Part shown: positions 16,401 to 32,560 of the stretch, in pieces
Numbering within the stretch: the first letter of the stretch is position 1
Layout: each line of letters opens with the position of its first letter
Source of the DNA: Bugula neritina
Taxonomy: Eukaryota; Animalia; Bryozoa
Direction of reading: 5' to 3'
Assembly (NCBI GenBank): GCA_964035545.1
Contig: CAXIUT010000183.1
Coordinates: 744,001-808,000, forward strand
Length of the DNA: 64,000 nt
Translations under genes and position numbers: made by a program
The notes under the pieces: model-generated
Told to the model about the DNA's origin: nothing
Seen by the model: only the letters and a program-made list of their open reading frames with translations
The model's database searches: none

Positions 16401-19400
16401 ACTGCAACATACTGCAACATATTGAAATCCACTGCAACATACTGAAATACACTGCTACATACTGAAATATAATTCAACATACTGCAACGTACTGAAATAC
16501 ACTGTAACATATTGAAATACACTGCAACATACTACAAAATATTGAAATACACTGCAACACATTGAAATATACTCCAATATACCTAAATATACGGTAATAT
16601 ACCGAAAAACACTGTAACGCATTGAAAAATACTGCAACATACAGAAATACACTGTAACATATTGAAATACACTGCAACACATTGAAATTTACTGCAACCT
16701 ACAGAAACATATGGTAAACTACTGAAATATACTGTAACACATTGAAAAATACTGCAACACACTGAAATATACTGCGACACATTGCAATATACTGTAACAT
16801 ACTGAGATATGCTGTAGCACACTGAAATACACTGCAACTCACTGAAATATACTGCAACATACTGAAATACACTGCAACATCCTACAACATACTGAAATAC
16901 ACTGTCACATATTGAAATACACTGCAACACATTGAAATATACCGCAACATACCGAAATATATGGTAAACTATTGAAATATACTGTAACACATTGAAAAAT
17001 ACTGAAACATACTGAAATATGCTGTAGCACACTGAAATACACTGCAACTCACCGAAATATATTGCAACATACTGAAATACACAGTAACATATTGAAACAT
17101 ACTGCAACATACTGCAACATACTGAAATACACTGTAACATACTGAAAGACACTGCAAAATACTACAACATATTGAAATACACTGCAACACATTGAAGTAT
17201 ACTGCAACATACCTAAATATACGGTAATATACTGAAATATACTGTAACACATTGAAAAATACTGCAACATACTGAATTATACTGCAATATACTGCAACAT
17301 ACTGAAATACACTGTAACATACTGAAACACACTGCAACATACTGCATTATACTGACATACACTGGAACATATTGAAATACACTACAACATCCTACAACAT
17401 GCTGAAATACACAGTAACATATTGAAGTACACCACAACACCTTGAATTATACTGCAACATACCGAAATATATGGTAAACTACTGAAATATACTGTAACAC
17501 ATTGAAAAATACTGCAACATACTGAAATATACTGCGACACATTGCAATATACTGTAACATACTGAAATATGCTCTAGCACACTGAAATACACTGCAACTC
17601 ACTGAAATATACTGCAACATACTGAAGTACACTGCAACACATTGAAATATACTGCAACATACCAAAATATATGGTAAACTACTGAAATATACTTTAACCC
17701 ATTGAAAAATACTGCAACATACTGAAGTATACTGTAACACACTGAAATATACTGCAACATACTGAAATACACTGCAACTCACTGAAATATACTGCACCAT
17801 ATTGAAATACACTGCAACATCCTACAACATGCTGAAATACACTGTAACATATTGAAATACACTGCAACACATTGAAATATACTGCAACATACCGAAATAT
17901 ATGGTAAACTACTGATATATACTGTAACACATTGCAAAATACTGCAACATACTGAAATATACTGCGACACATTGCAATATACTGTAACATACTGAGATAT
18001 GCTGTAGCACACTGAAATACACTACAACTCACTGAAATATACTGCAACATACTGAAATACACTGCAACATCCTACAACATACTGAAATACACTGTCACAT
18101 ATTGAAATACACTGCAACACATTGAAATATACCGCAACATACCGAAATATATGGTAAACTATTGAAATATACTGTAACACATTGAAAAATACTGAAACAT
18201 ACTGAAATATGCTGTAGCACACTGAAATACACTGCAACTCATCGAAATATATTGCAACATACTGAAATACACAGTAACATATTGAAACATACTGCAACAT
18301 ACTGCAACATACTGAAATACACTGTAACATACTGAAAGACACTGCAAAATACTACAACATATTGAAATACACTGCAACACATTGAAGTATACTGCAACAT
18401 ACCTAAATATACGGTAATATACTGAAATATACTGTAACACATTGAAAAATACTGCAACATACTGAATTATACTGCAATATACTGCAACATACTGAAATAC
18501 ACTGTAACATACTGAAACACACTGCAACATACTGCATTATACTGACATACACTGGAACATATTGAAATACACTACAACATCCTACAACATGCTGAAATAC
18601 ACAGTAACATATTGAAGGACACCACAACACCTTGAATTATACTGCAACATACCGAAATATATGGTAAACTACTGAAATATACTGTAACACATTGAAAAAT
18701 ACTGCAACATACTGAAATATACTGCGACACATTGCAATATACTGTAACATACTGAAATATGCTCTAGCACACTGAAATACACTGCAACTCACTGAAATAT
18801 ACTGCAACATACTGAAGTACACTGCAACACATTGAAATATACTGCAACATACCAAAATATATGGTAAACTACTGAAATATACTTTAACCCATTGAAAAAT
18901 ACTGCAACATACTGAAGTATACTGTAACACACTGAAATATACTGCAACATACTGAAATACACTGCAACTCACTGAAATATACTGCACCATATTGAAATAC
19001 ACTGCAACATCCTACAACATGCTGAAATACACTGTAACATATTGAAATACACTGCAACACATTGAAATATACTGCAACATACCGAAATATATGGTAAACT
19101 ACTGATATATACTGTAACACATTGCAAAATACTGCAACATACCGAAATATACTGCGACACATTGCAATATACTGTAACATACTGAAATATGCTCTAGCAC
19201 ACTGAAATACACTGCAACTCACTGAAACATACTGCAACATACTGAAATACACTGCAACACATTGAAATATACTGCAACATACCAAAAGATATGGTAAACT
19301 ACTGAAATATACTTTAACCCATTGAAAATACTGCAACATACTGAATTATACTGTAACACACTGAAATATACTGCAACATACTGAAATACACTGTAACATA

Positions 19401-22400
19401 CTAAAATAAACTGCAACATACTGAAATACACTGCAACATCCTACAACATACTGATATACACTGTAACATATTGAAATACACTGCAACAACATGAACTATA
19501 CTGCATTGTACCTAAATATACGGTAATATACTGAAATATACTGTAACACATTACAAAATACTGCAAGATAATGAAATATATTGCGACACATTGCAATATA
19601 CTATAACATACTGAAATATGCTATAGCACACTGAAATACACTGCAACTCACTGAAATATACTGCAACATATTGAAATACACTGCAACATCCTACAACATG
19701 CTGAAATACACTGTAACATATTGAAATACACTGCAACACATTGAAATATACTGCAACATACCGAGATATATGGTAAACTACTGAAATATACTGTAACACA
19801 TTGCAAAATACTGCAACATACTGAAATATACTGCGACACATTGCGATATACTGTAACATACTGAAATATGCTCTAGCACACTGAAATACACTGCAACTCA
19901 CTGAAACATACTGCAACATACTGAAATACACTGCAACACATTGAAATATACCGCAACATACCAAAATATATGGTAAACTACTGAAATATACTTTAACACA
20001 TTGAAAAATACCGCAACATACTGAAATATACTGTAACACACTGAAATATACTGCAACATACTGAAATACACTGTAACATACTGAAATACACTGCAACAAA
20101 CTACAACATTTTGAAATACACTGCAACACATTGAAATATACTGCAACATACCTAAATATACGGTATGATACCAAAAAAAACTGTAACAGATTGAAAAATT
20201 TGGCAACATACTGAAACGCACTGCAACACACTGAAATACACTGCAACAAACTACAACATATTGAAATACACTGCAACGCATTGAAGTATACTCCAGCATA
20301 CCTAAATATACGGTAATATACCGAAAAACACTGTAACACATGGAAAAATACTGAAACATACTGAAATATTCTGCGACACATTGCAATATACTGTAACATA
20401 CTGAATTATGCTGTAGCACACTGAAATACACTGCAACTCACCGAAATATATTGCAACATACTGAAATACACAGTAACATATTGAAACATACTGCAACATA
20501 CTGCAACATACTGAAATACACTGTAACATACTGAAAGACACTGCAAAATACTACAACATATTGAAATACACTGCAACACATTGAAGTATACTGCAACATA
20601 CCTAAATATACGGTAATATACTGAAATATACTGTAACACATTGAAAAATACTGCAACATACTGAATTATACTGCAATATACTGCAACATACTGAAATACA
20701 CTGTAACATACTGAAACACACTGCAACATACTGCATTATATTGACATACACTGGAACATATTGAAATACACTACAACATCCTACAACATGCTGAAATACA
20801 CAGTAACATATTGAAGTACACCACAACACCTTGAAATATACTGCAACATACCGAAATATATGGTAAACTACTGAAATATACTGTAACACATTGAAAAATA
20901 CTGCAACATACTGAAATATACTGCGACACATTGCAATATACTGTAACATACTGAAATATGCTCTAGCACACTGAAATACACTGCAACTCACTGAAATATA
21001 CTGCAACATACTGAAGTACACTGCAACACATTGAAATATACTGCAACATACCAAAATATATGGTAAACTACTGAAATATACTTTAACCCATTGAAAAATA
21101 CTGCAACATACTGAAGTATACTGTAACACACTGAAATATACTGCAACATACTGAAATACACTGCAACTCACTGAAATATACTGCACCATATTGAAATACA
21201 CTGCAACATCCTACAACATGCTGAAATACACTGTAACATATTGAAATACACTGCAACACATTGAAATATACTGCAACATACCGAAATATATGGTAAACTA
21301 CTGAAATATACTGTAACACATTGCAAAATACTGCAACATACCGAAATATACTGCGACACATTGCAATATACTGTAACATACTGAAATATGCTCTAGCACA
21401 CTGAAATACACTGCAACTCACTGAAACATACTGCAACATACTGAAATACACTGCAACACATTGAAATATACCGCAACATACCAAAATATATGGTAAACTA
21501 CTGAAATATACTTTAACACATTGGAAAATACTGCAACATACTGAAATATACTGTAACACACTGAAATATACTGCAACATACTGAAATACACTGTAACATA
21601 CTGAAATAAACTGCACCATACTGAACTACACTGCTACATACTGAAACATAATTCAACATACTGCAAGATATTGAAATACACTGTAACATACTGAAATACA
21701 CTGCAAAACACTACAACATATTGAAATACACTGCAACACATTGAAATATACTGCAACATACCTAAATATTAGGTAATATACTGAAATATACTGTAACATA
21801 CTGAAATATGCTCTAGCACACTGAAATACACTGCAACTCACTGAAATATACTGCAACATACTGAATTATACTGCAAGATACTGCAACATACAGAAATACA
21901 CTGTAACATACTGAAACACACTGCAACATACTGCATTATACTGACACACTGGAACATATTGAAATACACTGCAACATCCTACAACATGCTGAAATACACA
22001 GTAACATATTGAAGTACACTACAACACCTTGAAATATACTGCAACATATCAAAATATATGGTAAACCACTGAAATATACTGTAACACATTGAAAAATACT
22101 GCAACATACTGAAATATATTGCGACACATTGCAATATACTGTAACATACTGAAATATGCTCTAGCACACTGAAATACACTGCAACTCACTGAAATATACT
22201 GCAACAAACTGAAATACACTGCAACACATTGAAATATACTGCAACATACCAAAATATATGGTAAACTACTGAAATATACTTTAACCCATTGAAAAATACT
22301 GCAACATACTGAAATATACTGTAACACACTGAAATTTACCGCAACATACTGAAATACACTGTAACATACTAAAATAAACTGCAACATACTGAAATACACT

Positions 22401-25400
22401 GCAACATCCTACAACATACTGATATACACTGTAACATATTGAAATACACTGCAACACATTGAAATATACTGCATTGTACCTAAATATACGGTAATATACT
22501 GAAATATACTGTAACACATTGCAAAATACTGCAAGATACTGAAATATACTGCGACACATTGCAATATACTGTAACATACTGAAATATGCTATAGCACACT
22601 GAAATACACTGCAACTCGCTGAAACATACTGCAACATATTGAAATACACTGCAACATCCTACAACATGCTGAAATACACTGTAACATACTGAAATATACT
22701 GCAACATACTGAAATACACTGCTACATACTGAAATATACTGCAACATACTGCAACATACTGAAATACACTGTAACATACTGAAAAACACTGCAAAATACT
22801 ACAACATATTGAAATACACTGCAACACATTGAAGTATACTGCAACATACCTAAATATTCGGTAATATACTGAAATATACTGTAACACATAGAAAAATACT
22901 GCAACATACTGAATTATACTGCAAGATACTGCAACATACAGAAATACACTGTAACATACTGAAACACACTGCAACATACTGCATTATACTGACATACACT
23001 GGAACATATTGAAACACACTGCAACATCCTACAACATGCTGAAATACACAGTAACATATTGAAGTACACTACAACACCTTGAAATATACTGCAACATACC
23101 GAAATATATGGTAAACTACTGAAACATACTGTAACACATTGAAAAATACTGCAACATACTGAAATATACTGCGACACATTGCAATATACTGTAACATACT
23201 GAAATAAGCTCTAGCACACTGAAATACACTGCAACTCACTGAAATATACTGCAACATACTGAAATACACTGCAACACATTGAAATATACTGCAACATACC
23301 AAAAGATACGGTAAACTACTGAAATACACTTTAACCCATTGAAAATACTGCAACATACTGAATTATACTGTACCACACTGAAATATACTGCAACATACTG
23401 AAATACACTGTAACATACTAAAATAAACTGCAACATACTGAAATACACTGCAACATCCTACAACATACTGATATACACTGTAACATATTGAAATACACTG
23501 CAACACCATGAAATATACTGCATTGTACCTAAATATACGGTTATATACTGAAATATACTGTAACACATTGCAAAATACTGCAAGATAATGAAATATATTG
23601 CGACACATTGCAATATACTGTAACATACTGAAAAATGCTATAGCACACTGAAATACACTGCAACTCACTGAAATATACTGCAACATATTGAAATACACTG
23701 CAACATCCTACAACATGCTGAAATACACTGTAACATATTGAAATACACTGCAACACATTGAAATATACTGCAACATACCGAAATATATGGTAAACTACTG
23801 AAATATACTGTAACACATTGCAAAATACTGCAACATACTGAAATATACTGCGACACACTGAAATATACTGCAACATACTGAAATACACTGTAACATACTG
23901 AAATAAACTGCAACATACTGAACTACACTGCTACATACTGAAACATAGTTCAACATACTGCAACGTACTGAAATACACTGTAACATACTGAAATACACTG
24001 CAACAAACTACAACATTTTGAAATACACTGCAACACATTGAAATATACTGCAACATACCTAAATATACGGTATGATACCAAAAAAAACTGTAACAGATTG
24101 AAAAATTTGGCAACATACTGAAACACACTGCAACACACTGAAATACACTGCAACAAACTACAACATATTGAAATACACTGCAACACATTGAAGTATACTC
24201 CAGCATACCTAAATATACGGTAATATACTGAAAAACACTGTAACACATGGAAAAATACTGCAACATACTGAAATACACTGCAACACTATAATGCACTGCA
24301 AAATACTACAACATAGTGAAATACACTGTCACATATTGAAATACACTGCAACACATTGAAATATACCGCAACATACCGAAATATATGGTAAACTATTGAA
24401 ATATACTGTAACACATTGAAAAATACTGAAACATACTGAAATATTCTGCGACACATTGCAATATACTGTAACATACTGAAATATCCTGTAGCACACTGAA
24501 ATACACTGCAACTCACTGAATTATACTGCAGTATACTGAAATACACTGCAAAATCCTACAACATACTGAAATACACTGCAACATATTGAAATACACTGTA
24601 ACATATTGAAACATACTGCAACATACTGCAACATATTGAAATCCACTGCAACATACTGAAATACACTGCTACATACTGAAATATAATTCAACATACTGCA
24701 ACGTACTGAAATACACTGTAACATATTGAAATACACTGCAACATACTACAAAATATTGAAATACACTGCAACACATTGAAATATACTCCAATATACCTAA
24801 ATATACGGTAATATACCGAAAAACACTGTAACGCATTGAAAAATACTGCAACATACAGAAATACACTGTAACATATTGAAATACACTGCAACACATTGAA
24901 ATTTACTGCAACCTACAGAAACATATGGTAAACTACTGAAATATACTGTAACACATTGAAAAATACTGCAACACACTGAAATATACTGCGACACATTGCA
25001 ATATACTGTAACATACTGAGATATGCTGTAGCACACTGAAATACACTACAACTCACTGAAATATACTGCAACATACTGAAATACACTGCAACATCCTACA
25101 ACATACTGAAATACACTGTCACATATTGAAATACACTGCAACACATTGAAATATACCGCAACATACCGAAATATATGGTAAACTATTGAAATATACTGTA
25201 ACACATTGAAAAATACTGAAACATACTGAAATATGCTGTAGCACACTGAAATACACTGCAACTCACCGAAATATATTGCAACATACTGAAATACACAGTA
25301 ACATATTGAAACATACTGCAACATACTGCAACATACTGAAATACACTGTAACATACTGAAAGACACTGCAAAATACTACAACATATTGAAATACACTGCA

Positions 25401-26311
25401 ACACATTGAAGTATACTGCAACATACCTAAATATACGGTAATATACTGAAATATACTGTAACACATTGAAAAATACTGCAACATACTGAATTATACTGCA
25501 ATATACTGCAACATACTGAAATACACTGTAACATACTGAAACACACTGCAACATACTGCATTATACTGACATACACTGGAACATATTGAAATACACTACA
25601 ACATCCTACAACATGCTGAAATACACAGTAACATATTGAAGTACACCACAACACCTTGAATTATACTGCAACATACCGAAATATATGGTAAACTACTGAA
25701 ATATACTGTAACACATTGAAAAATACTGCAACATACTGAAATATACTGCGACACATTGCAATATACTGTAACATACTGAAATATGCTCTAGCACACTGAA
25801 ATACACTGCAACTCACTGAAATATACTGCAACATACTGAAGTACACTGCAACACATTGAAATATACTGCAACATACCAAAATATATGGTAAACTACTGAA
25901 ATATACTTTAACCCATTGAAAAATACTGCAACATACTGAAGTATACTGTAACACACTGAAATATACTGCAACATACTGAAATACACTGCAACTCACTGAA
26001 ATATACTGCACCATATTGAAATACACTGCAACATCCTACAACATGCTGAAATACACTGTAACATATTGAAATACACTGCAACACATTGAAATATACTGCA
26101 ACATACCGAAATATATGGTAAACTACTGATATATACTGTAACACATTGCAAAATACTGCAACATACCGAAATATACTGCGACACATTGCAATATACTGTA
26201 ACATACTGAAATATGCTCTAGCACACTGAAATACACTGCAACTCACTGAAACATACTGCAACATACTGAAATACACTGCAACACATTGAAATATACTGCA
26301 ACATACCAAAA
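11015..26311. repeat. Tandem duplication of a 7024-bp unit; the first copy is 8214 bp because it carries an internal 1190-bp duplication
   Basis: Offsets of 8214 (11337/19551, 13722/21936, 16969/25183) and 7024 (18022/25046, 18159/25183). 8214 - 7024 = 1190. Confidence 0.88.
16761..19140. repeat. Tandem duplication, period 1190 bp (16761-17950 / 17951-19140)
   Basis: ORF offsets 16969/18159, 17213/18403, 17447/18637, 17779/18969. The marker ACTGAGATATGCTGTAGCAC is at 16801 and 17991. Confidence 0.9.
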
Positions 26312-28509
26312 TATATGGTAAACTACTGAAATATACTTTAACACATTGGAAAATACTGCAACATACTGAAATATACTGTAACACACTGAAATATACTGCA
26401 ACATACTGAAATACACTGTAACATACTGAAATAAACTGCACCATACTGAACTACACTGCTACATACTGAAACATAATTCAACATACTGCAACGTACTGAA
26501 ATACACTGTAACATACTGAAATACACTGCAACATACTACAACATATTGAAATACACTGCAACACATTGAAATATACTCCAACGTACCTAAATATACGGTA
26601 ATATACCGAAAAACACTGTAACACATTGAAAAATACTGAAACATACTGAAATATACTGCGACACCTTGCAATATACTGTAACATACTGAAATATGCTGTA
26701 GCACACTGAAATACACTGCAACTCACTGAAATATACTGCAACATACTGAAATACACATTAACATATTGAAACATACTGCAACATACTGCAACATATTGAA
26801 ATACACTGTAACATACTGAAATACACTGCAAAACACTACAACATATTGAAATACACTGCAACACATTGAAATATACTGCAACATACCTAAATATACGGTA
26901 ATATACTGAAATATACTGTAACATACTGAAATATGCTCTAGCACACTGAAATACACTGCAACTCACTGAAATATACTGCAACATACTGAATTATACTGCA
27001 AGATACTGCAACATACAGAAATACACTGTAACATACTGAAACACACTGCAACATACTGCATTATACTGACACACTGGAACATATTGAAATACACTGCAAC
27101 ATCCTACAACATGCTGAAATACACAGTAACATATTGAAGTACACTACAACACCTTGAAATATACTGCAACATACCAAAATATATGGTAAACCACTGAAAT
27201 ATACTGTAACACATTGAAAAATACTGCAACATACTGAAATATACTGCGACACATTGCAATATACTGTAACATACTGAAATATGCTCTAGCACACTGAAAT
27301 ACACTGCAACTCACTGAAATATACTGCAACAAACTGAAATACACTGCAACACATTGAAATATACTGCAGCATACCAAAATATATGGTAAACTACTGAAAT
27401 ATACTTTAACCCATTGAAAAATACTCCAACATACTGAAATATACTGTAACGCACTGAAATATACTGCAACATACTGAAATACACTGTAACATACTAAAAT
27501 AAACTGCAACATACTGAAATACACTGCAACATCCTACAACATACTGATATACACTGTAACATATTGAAATACACTGCAACACATTGAAATATACTGCAAC
27601 ATACCGAGATATATGGTAAACTACTGAAATATACTGTAACACATTGCAAAATACTGCAACATACTGAAATATACTGCGACACATTGCAATATACTGTAAC
27701 ATACTGAAATATGCTCTAGCACACTGAAATACACTGCAACTCACTGAAAAAAACTGCAACATACTGAAGTACACTACAACCCACTGAAATATACTGCAAC
27801 ATACTGAAATACACTGCAACACATTGAAATATACCGCAACATACCAAAATATATGGTAAACTACTGAAATATACTTTAACACATTGAAAAATACTGCAAC
27901 ATACTGAAATATACTGTAACACACTGAAATATACTGCAGTATACTGAAATACACTGCAACATCCTACAACATACTGAAATACACTGCAACATATTGAAAT
28001 ACACTGTAACATATTGAAACATACTGCAACATACTGCAACATATTGAAATACACTGCAACATACTGAAATACACTGCTACATACTGAAATATAATTCAAC
28101 ATACTGCAACGTACTGAAACACACTGTAACATATTGAAATACACTGCAACATACTACAAAATATTGAAATACACTGCAACACATTGAAACATACTCCAAT
28201 ATACCTAAATATACGGTAATATACCGAAAAACACTGTAACGCATTGAAAAATACTGCAACATACAGAAATACACTGCAACACTATAATACACTGCACAAT
28301 ACTACAACATACTGAAATACACTGTCACATGTTGAAATACACTGCAACACATTGAAATATACTGCAACTTACCGAAATATATGGTAAACGATTGAAATAT
28401 ACTGTAACACATTGAAAAAAACTGCAACATACTGAAATACACTACAACCCACTGAAATATTTTGCAAAATACTACAACATACTGAAATACACTGTAACAT
28501 ATTGAAATA

Positions 28510-30580
28510 CACTGCAACACATTGAAATACACTGCAACATCCTACAACATGCTGTAATACACTGTAACATACTGAAATATACTGCAACATACTGAAATAC
28601 ACTGCTACATACTGAAATATACTGCAACATACTGCAACATACTGAAATACACTGTAACATACTGAAAAACACTGCAAAATACTACAACATATTGAAATAC
28701 ACTGCAACACATTGAAGTATACTGCAACATACCTAAATATTCGGTAATATACTGAAATATACTGTAACACATAGAAAAATACTGCAACATACTGAATTAT
28801 ACTGCAAGATACTGCAACATACAGAAATACACTGTAACATACTGAAACACACTGCAACATACTGCATTATACTGACATACACTGGAACATATTGAAACAC
28901 ACTGCAACATCCTACAACATGCTGAAATACACAGTAACATATTGAAGTACACTACAACACCTTGAAATATACTGCAACATACCGAAATATATGGTAAACT
29001 ACTGAAACATACTGTAACACATTGAAAAATACTGCAACATACTGAAATATACTGCGACACATTGCAATATACTGTAACATACTGAAATAAGCTCTAGCAC
29101 ACTGAAATACACTGCAACTCACTGAAATATACTGCAACATACTGAAATACACTGCAACACATTGAAATATACTGCAACATACCAAAAGATACGGTAAACT
29201 ACTGAAATACACTTTAACCCATTGAAAATACTGCAACATACTGAATTATACTGTACCACACTGAAATATACTGCAACATACTGAAATACACTGTAACATA
29301 CTAAAATAAACTGCAACATACTGAAATACACTGCAACATCCTACAACATACTGATATACACTGTAACACATTGAAATACACTGCAACACCATGAAATATA
29401 CTGCATTGTACCTAAATATACGGTTATATACTGAAATATACTGTAACACATTGCAAAATACTGCAAGATAATAAAATATATTGCGACACATTGCAATATA
29501 CTGTAACATACTGAAATATGCTATAGCACACTGAAATACAGTGCAACTCACTGAAATATACTGCAACATATTGAAATACACTGCAACATCCTACAACATG
29601 CTGAAATACACTGTAACATATTGAAATACACTGCAACACATTGAAATATACTGCAACATACCGAAATATATGGTAAACTACTGAAATATACTGTAACACA
29701 TTGCAAAATACTGCAACATACTGAAATATACTGCGACACACTGAAATATACTGCAACATACTGAAATACACTGTAACATACTGAAATAAACTGCAACATA
29801 CTGAACTACACTGCTACATACTGAAACCTAGTTCAACATACTGCAACGTACTGAAATACACTGTAACATACTGAAATACACTGCAACAAACTACAACATT
29901 TTGAAATACACTGCAACACATTGAAATATACTGCAACATACCTAAATATACGGTATGATACCAAAAAAAACTGTAACAGATTGAAAAATTTGGCAACATA
30001 CTGAAACACACTGCAACACACTGAAATACACTGCAACAAACTACAACATATTGAAATACACTGCAACACATTGAAGTATACTCCAGCATACCTAAATATA
30101 CGGTAATATACTGAAAAACACTGTAACACATGGAAAAATACTGCAACATACTGAAATACACTGCAACACTATAATGCACTGCAAAATACTACAACATAGT
30201 GAAATACACTGTCACATATTGAAATACACTGCAACACATTGAAATATACCGCAACATACCGAAATATATGGTAAACTATTGAAATATACTGTAACACATT
30301 GAAAAATACTGAAACATACTGAAATATCCTGCGACACATTGCAATATACTGTAACATACTGAAATATCCTGTAGCACACTGAAATACACTGCAACTCACT
30401 GAATTATACTGCAGTATACTGAAATACACTGCAAAATCCTACAACATACTGAAATACACTGCAACATATTGAAATACACTGTAACATATTGAAACATACT
30501 GCAACATACTGCAACATATTGAAATCCACTGCAACATACTGAAATACACTGCTACATACTGAAATATAATTCAACATACT
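28510..30580. repeat. Third, non-adjacent copy of a ~2-kb segment (others at ~14420-16480 and ~22630-24700; offset 5883 from the latter)
   Basis: ORF offsets 22722/28605, 23069/28952, 23931/29814, 24286/30169. Shared variants AATATTCGG, CACATAGAAAA, TAAGCTCTAG. Confidence 0.85.
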
Positions 30581-32475
30581 GCAACATACAGAAATACACT
30601 GCAACACTATAATACACTGCACAATACTACAACATACTGAAATACACTGTCACATGTTGAAATACACTGCAACACATTGAAATATACTGCAACTTACCGA
30701 AATATATGGTAAACGATTGAAATATACTGTAACACATTGAAAAAAACTGTAACATACTGAAATACACTACAACCCACTGAAATATTTTGCAAAATACTAC
30801 AACATACTGAAATACACTGTAACATATTGAAATACACTGCAACACATTGAAATATACTGCAACATGCGGAAATATATGGTTAACTACTGAAATATACTGT
30901 AACACATTGAAAAATACTGCAACATACTGAAATATACTCTGACACAATGCAATATTCTGTTACATACTGAGATATGCCGTAGCACACTGAAATACACTGC
31001 AACTCACTGAAATATACTGCGACATACTGAAATACACTGTAACATCCTACAACATACTGAAATACATAGTAACATATTGAAATACACTGCAACACATTGA
31101 AATATACTGCAACATACCTAAATATACGGTAATATACTGAAATATACTGTAACACATATAAAAATATTGCAAGATACTGAAATATACTGCGACACATTGC
31201 AATATACTGTAACATACTGAACTATCCTGTAGCACACTGAAATACACTGCAACTCACTGAAATATACTGCAGTATACTGAAATACACTGCAACATCCTAC
31301 AACATACTGAAATACACTGCAACATATTGAAATACACTGTAACATATTGAAACATACTGCAACATACTGCAACATATTGAAATACACTGCAACATACTGA
31401 AATACACTGCTACATACTGAAATATAATTCAACATACTGCAACGTACTGAAATACACTGTAACATATTGAAATACACTGCAACATACTACAAAATATTGA
31501 AATACACTGCAACACATTGAAGTATACTCCAATATACCTAAATATACGGTAATATACCGAAAAACACTGTAACGCATTGAAAAATACTGCAACATACAGA
31601 AATACACTGTAACATATTGAAATACACTGCAACACATTGAAATTTACTGCAACCTACAGAAATATATGGTAAACTATTGAAATATACTGTAACACATTGA
31701 AAAATACTGAAACATACTGAAATATTCTGCGACACATTGCAATATACTGTAACATACTGAAATATGCTGTAGCACACTGAAATACACTGCAACTCACCGA
31801 AATATATTGCAACATACTGAAATACACAGTAACATATTGAAACATACTGCAACATACTGCAACATACTGAAAAACACTGCAACACATTGAAATATACCGC
31901 AACATACCAAAATATATGGTAAACTACTGAAATATACTTTAACACATTGGAAAATACTGCAACATACTGAAATATACTGTAACACACTGAAATATACTGC
32001 AACATACTGAAATATACTGCAACATACTGAAATACACTGTAACATACTGAAATATACTGCAACATACTGAAATACACTGCTACATACTGCAACATACTGC
32101 AACATACTGCAACATACTGAAATACACTGTAAGATACTGAAATAAACTGCAACATACTACAACATATTGAAATACACTGCAACACATTGAAATATACTGC
32201 TACATACCTAAATATACGGTAATATACTGAAATATACTGTAACACATTGAAAAATACTGCAACATACTGAAATATATTGCGACACATTGCAATATACTGT
32301 AACATACTGAAAAATGCTGTAGCACACTGAAATATACTGCAATTCACTGAGATATACTGCAACATACTGAAATACACCGCAACATCCTACAACATACTGA
32401 AATACTTTGTAACATATTGAGATACACTGCAACACATTGAAATATACTGCAACATAACGAAATATATGGTAAACT

Positions 32476-32560
32476 ACTGAAATATATTTTAACACATTGA
32501 AAAATACTGCAACATACTGAAATATATTTTAACACATTGAAAAATACTGCAACATACTGA
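32476..32560. repeat. Local 40-bp tandem duplication (unit AATATATTTTAACACATTGAAAAATACTGCAACATACTGA), propagated to ~42670, ~52375 and ~58690
   Basis: The rare variant TATATTTTAAC appears twice, 40 bp apart, at each of the four loci. Confidence 0.85.

Larger units (their letters stand above)
1..31900. repeat. Satellite sub-family 1 (left domain)
   Basis: Diagnostic variants seen only here: TTTAACCCATTG, GCATTGTACCT, ACACTGGAAC, ATAATTCAAC, ACTATAAT, GGTATGATACCAAAAAAAA. The last ATAATTCAAC is at ~31430. The boundary is approximate. Confidence 0.8.
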
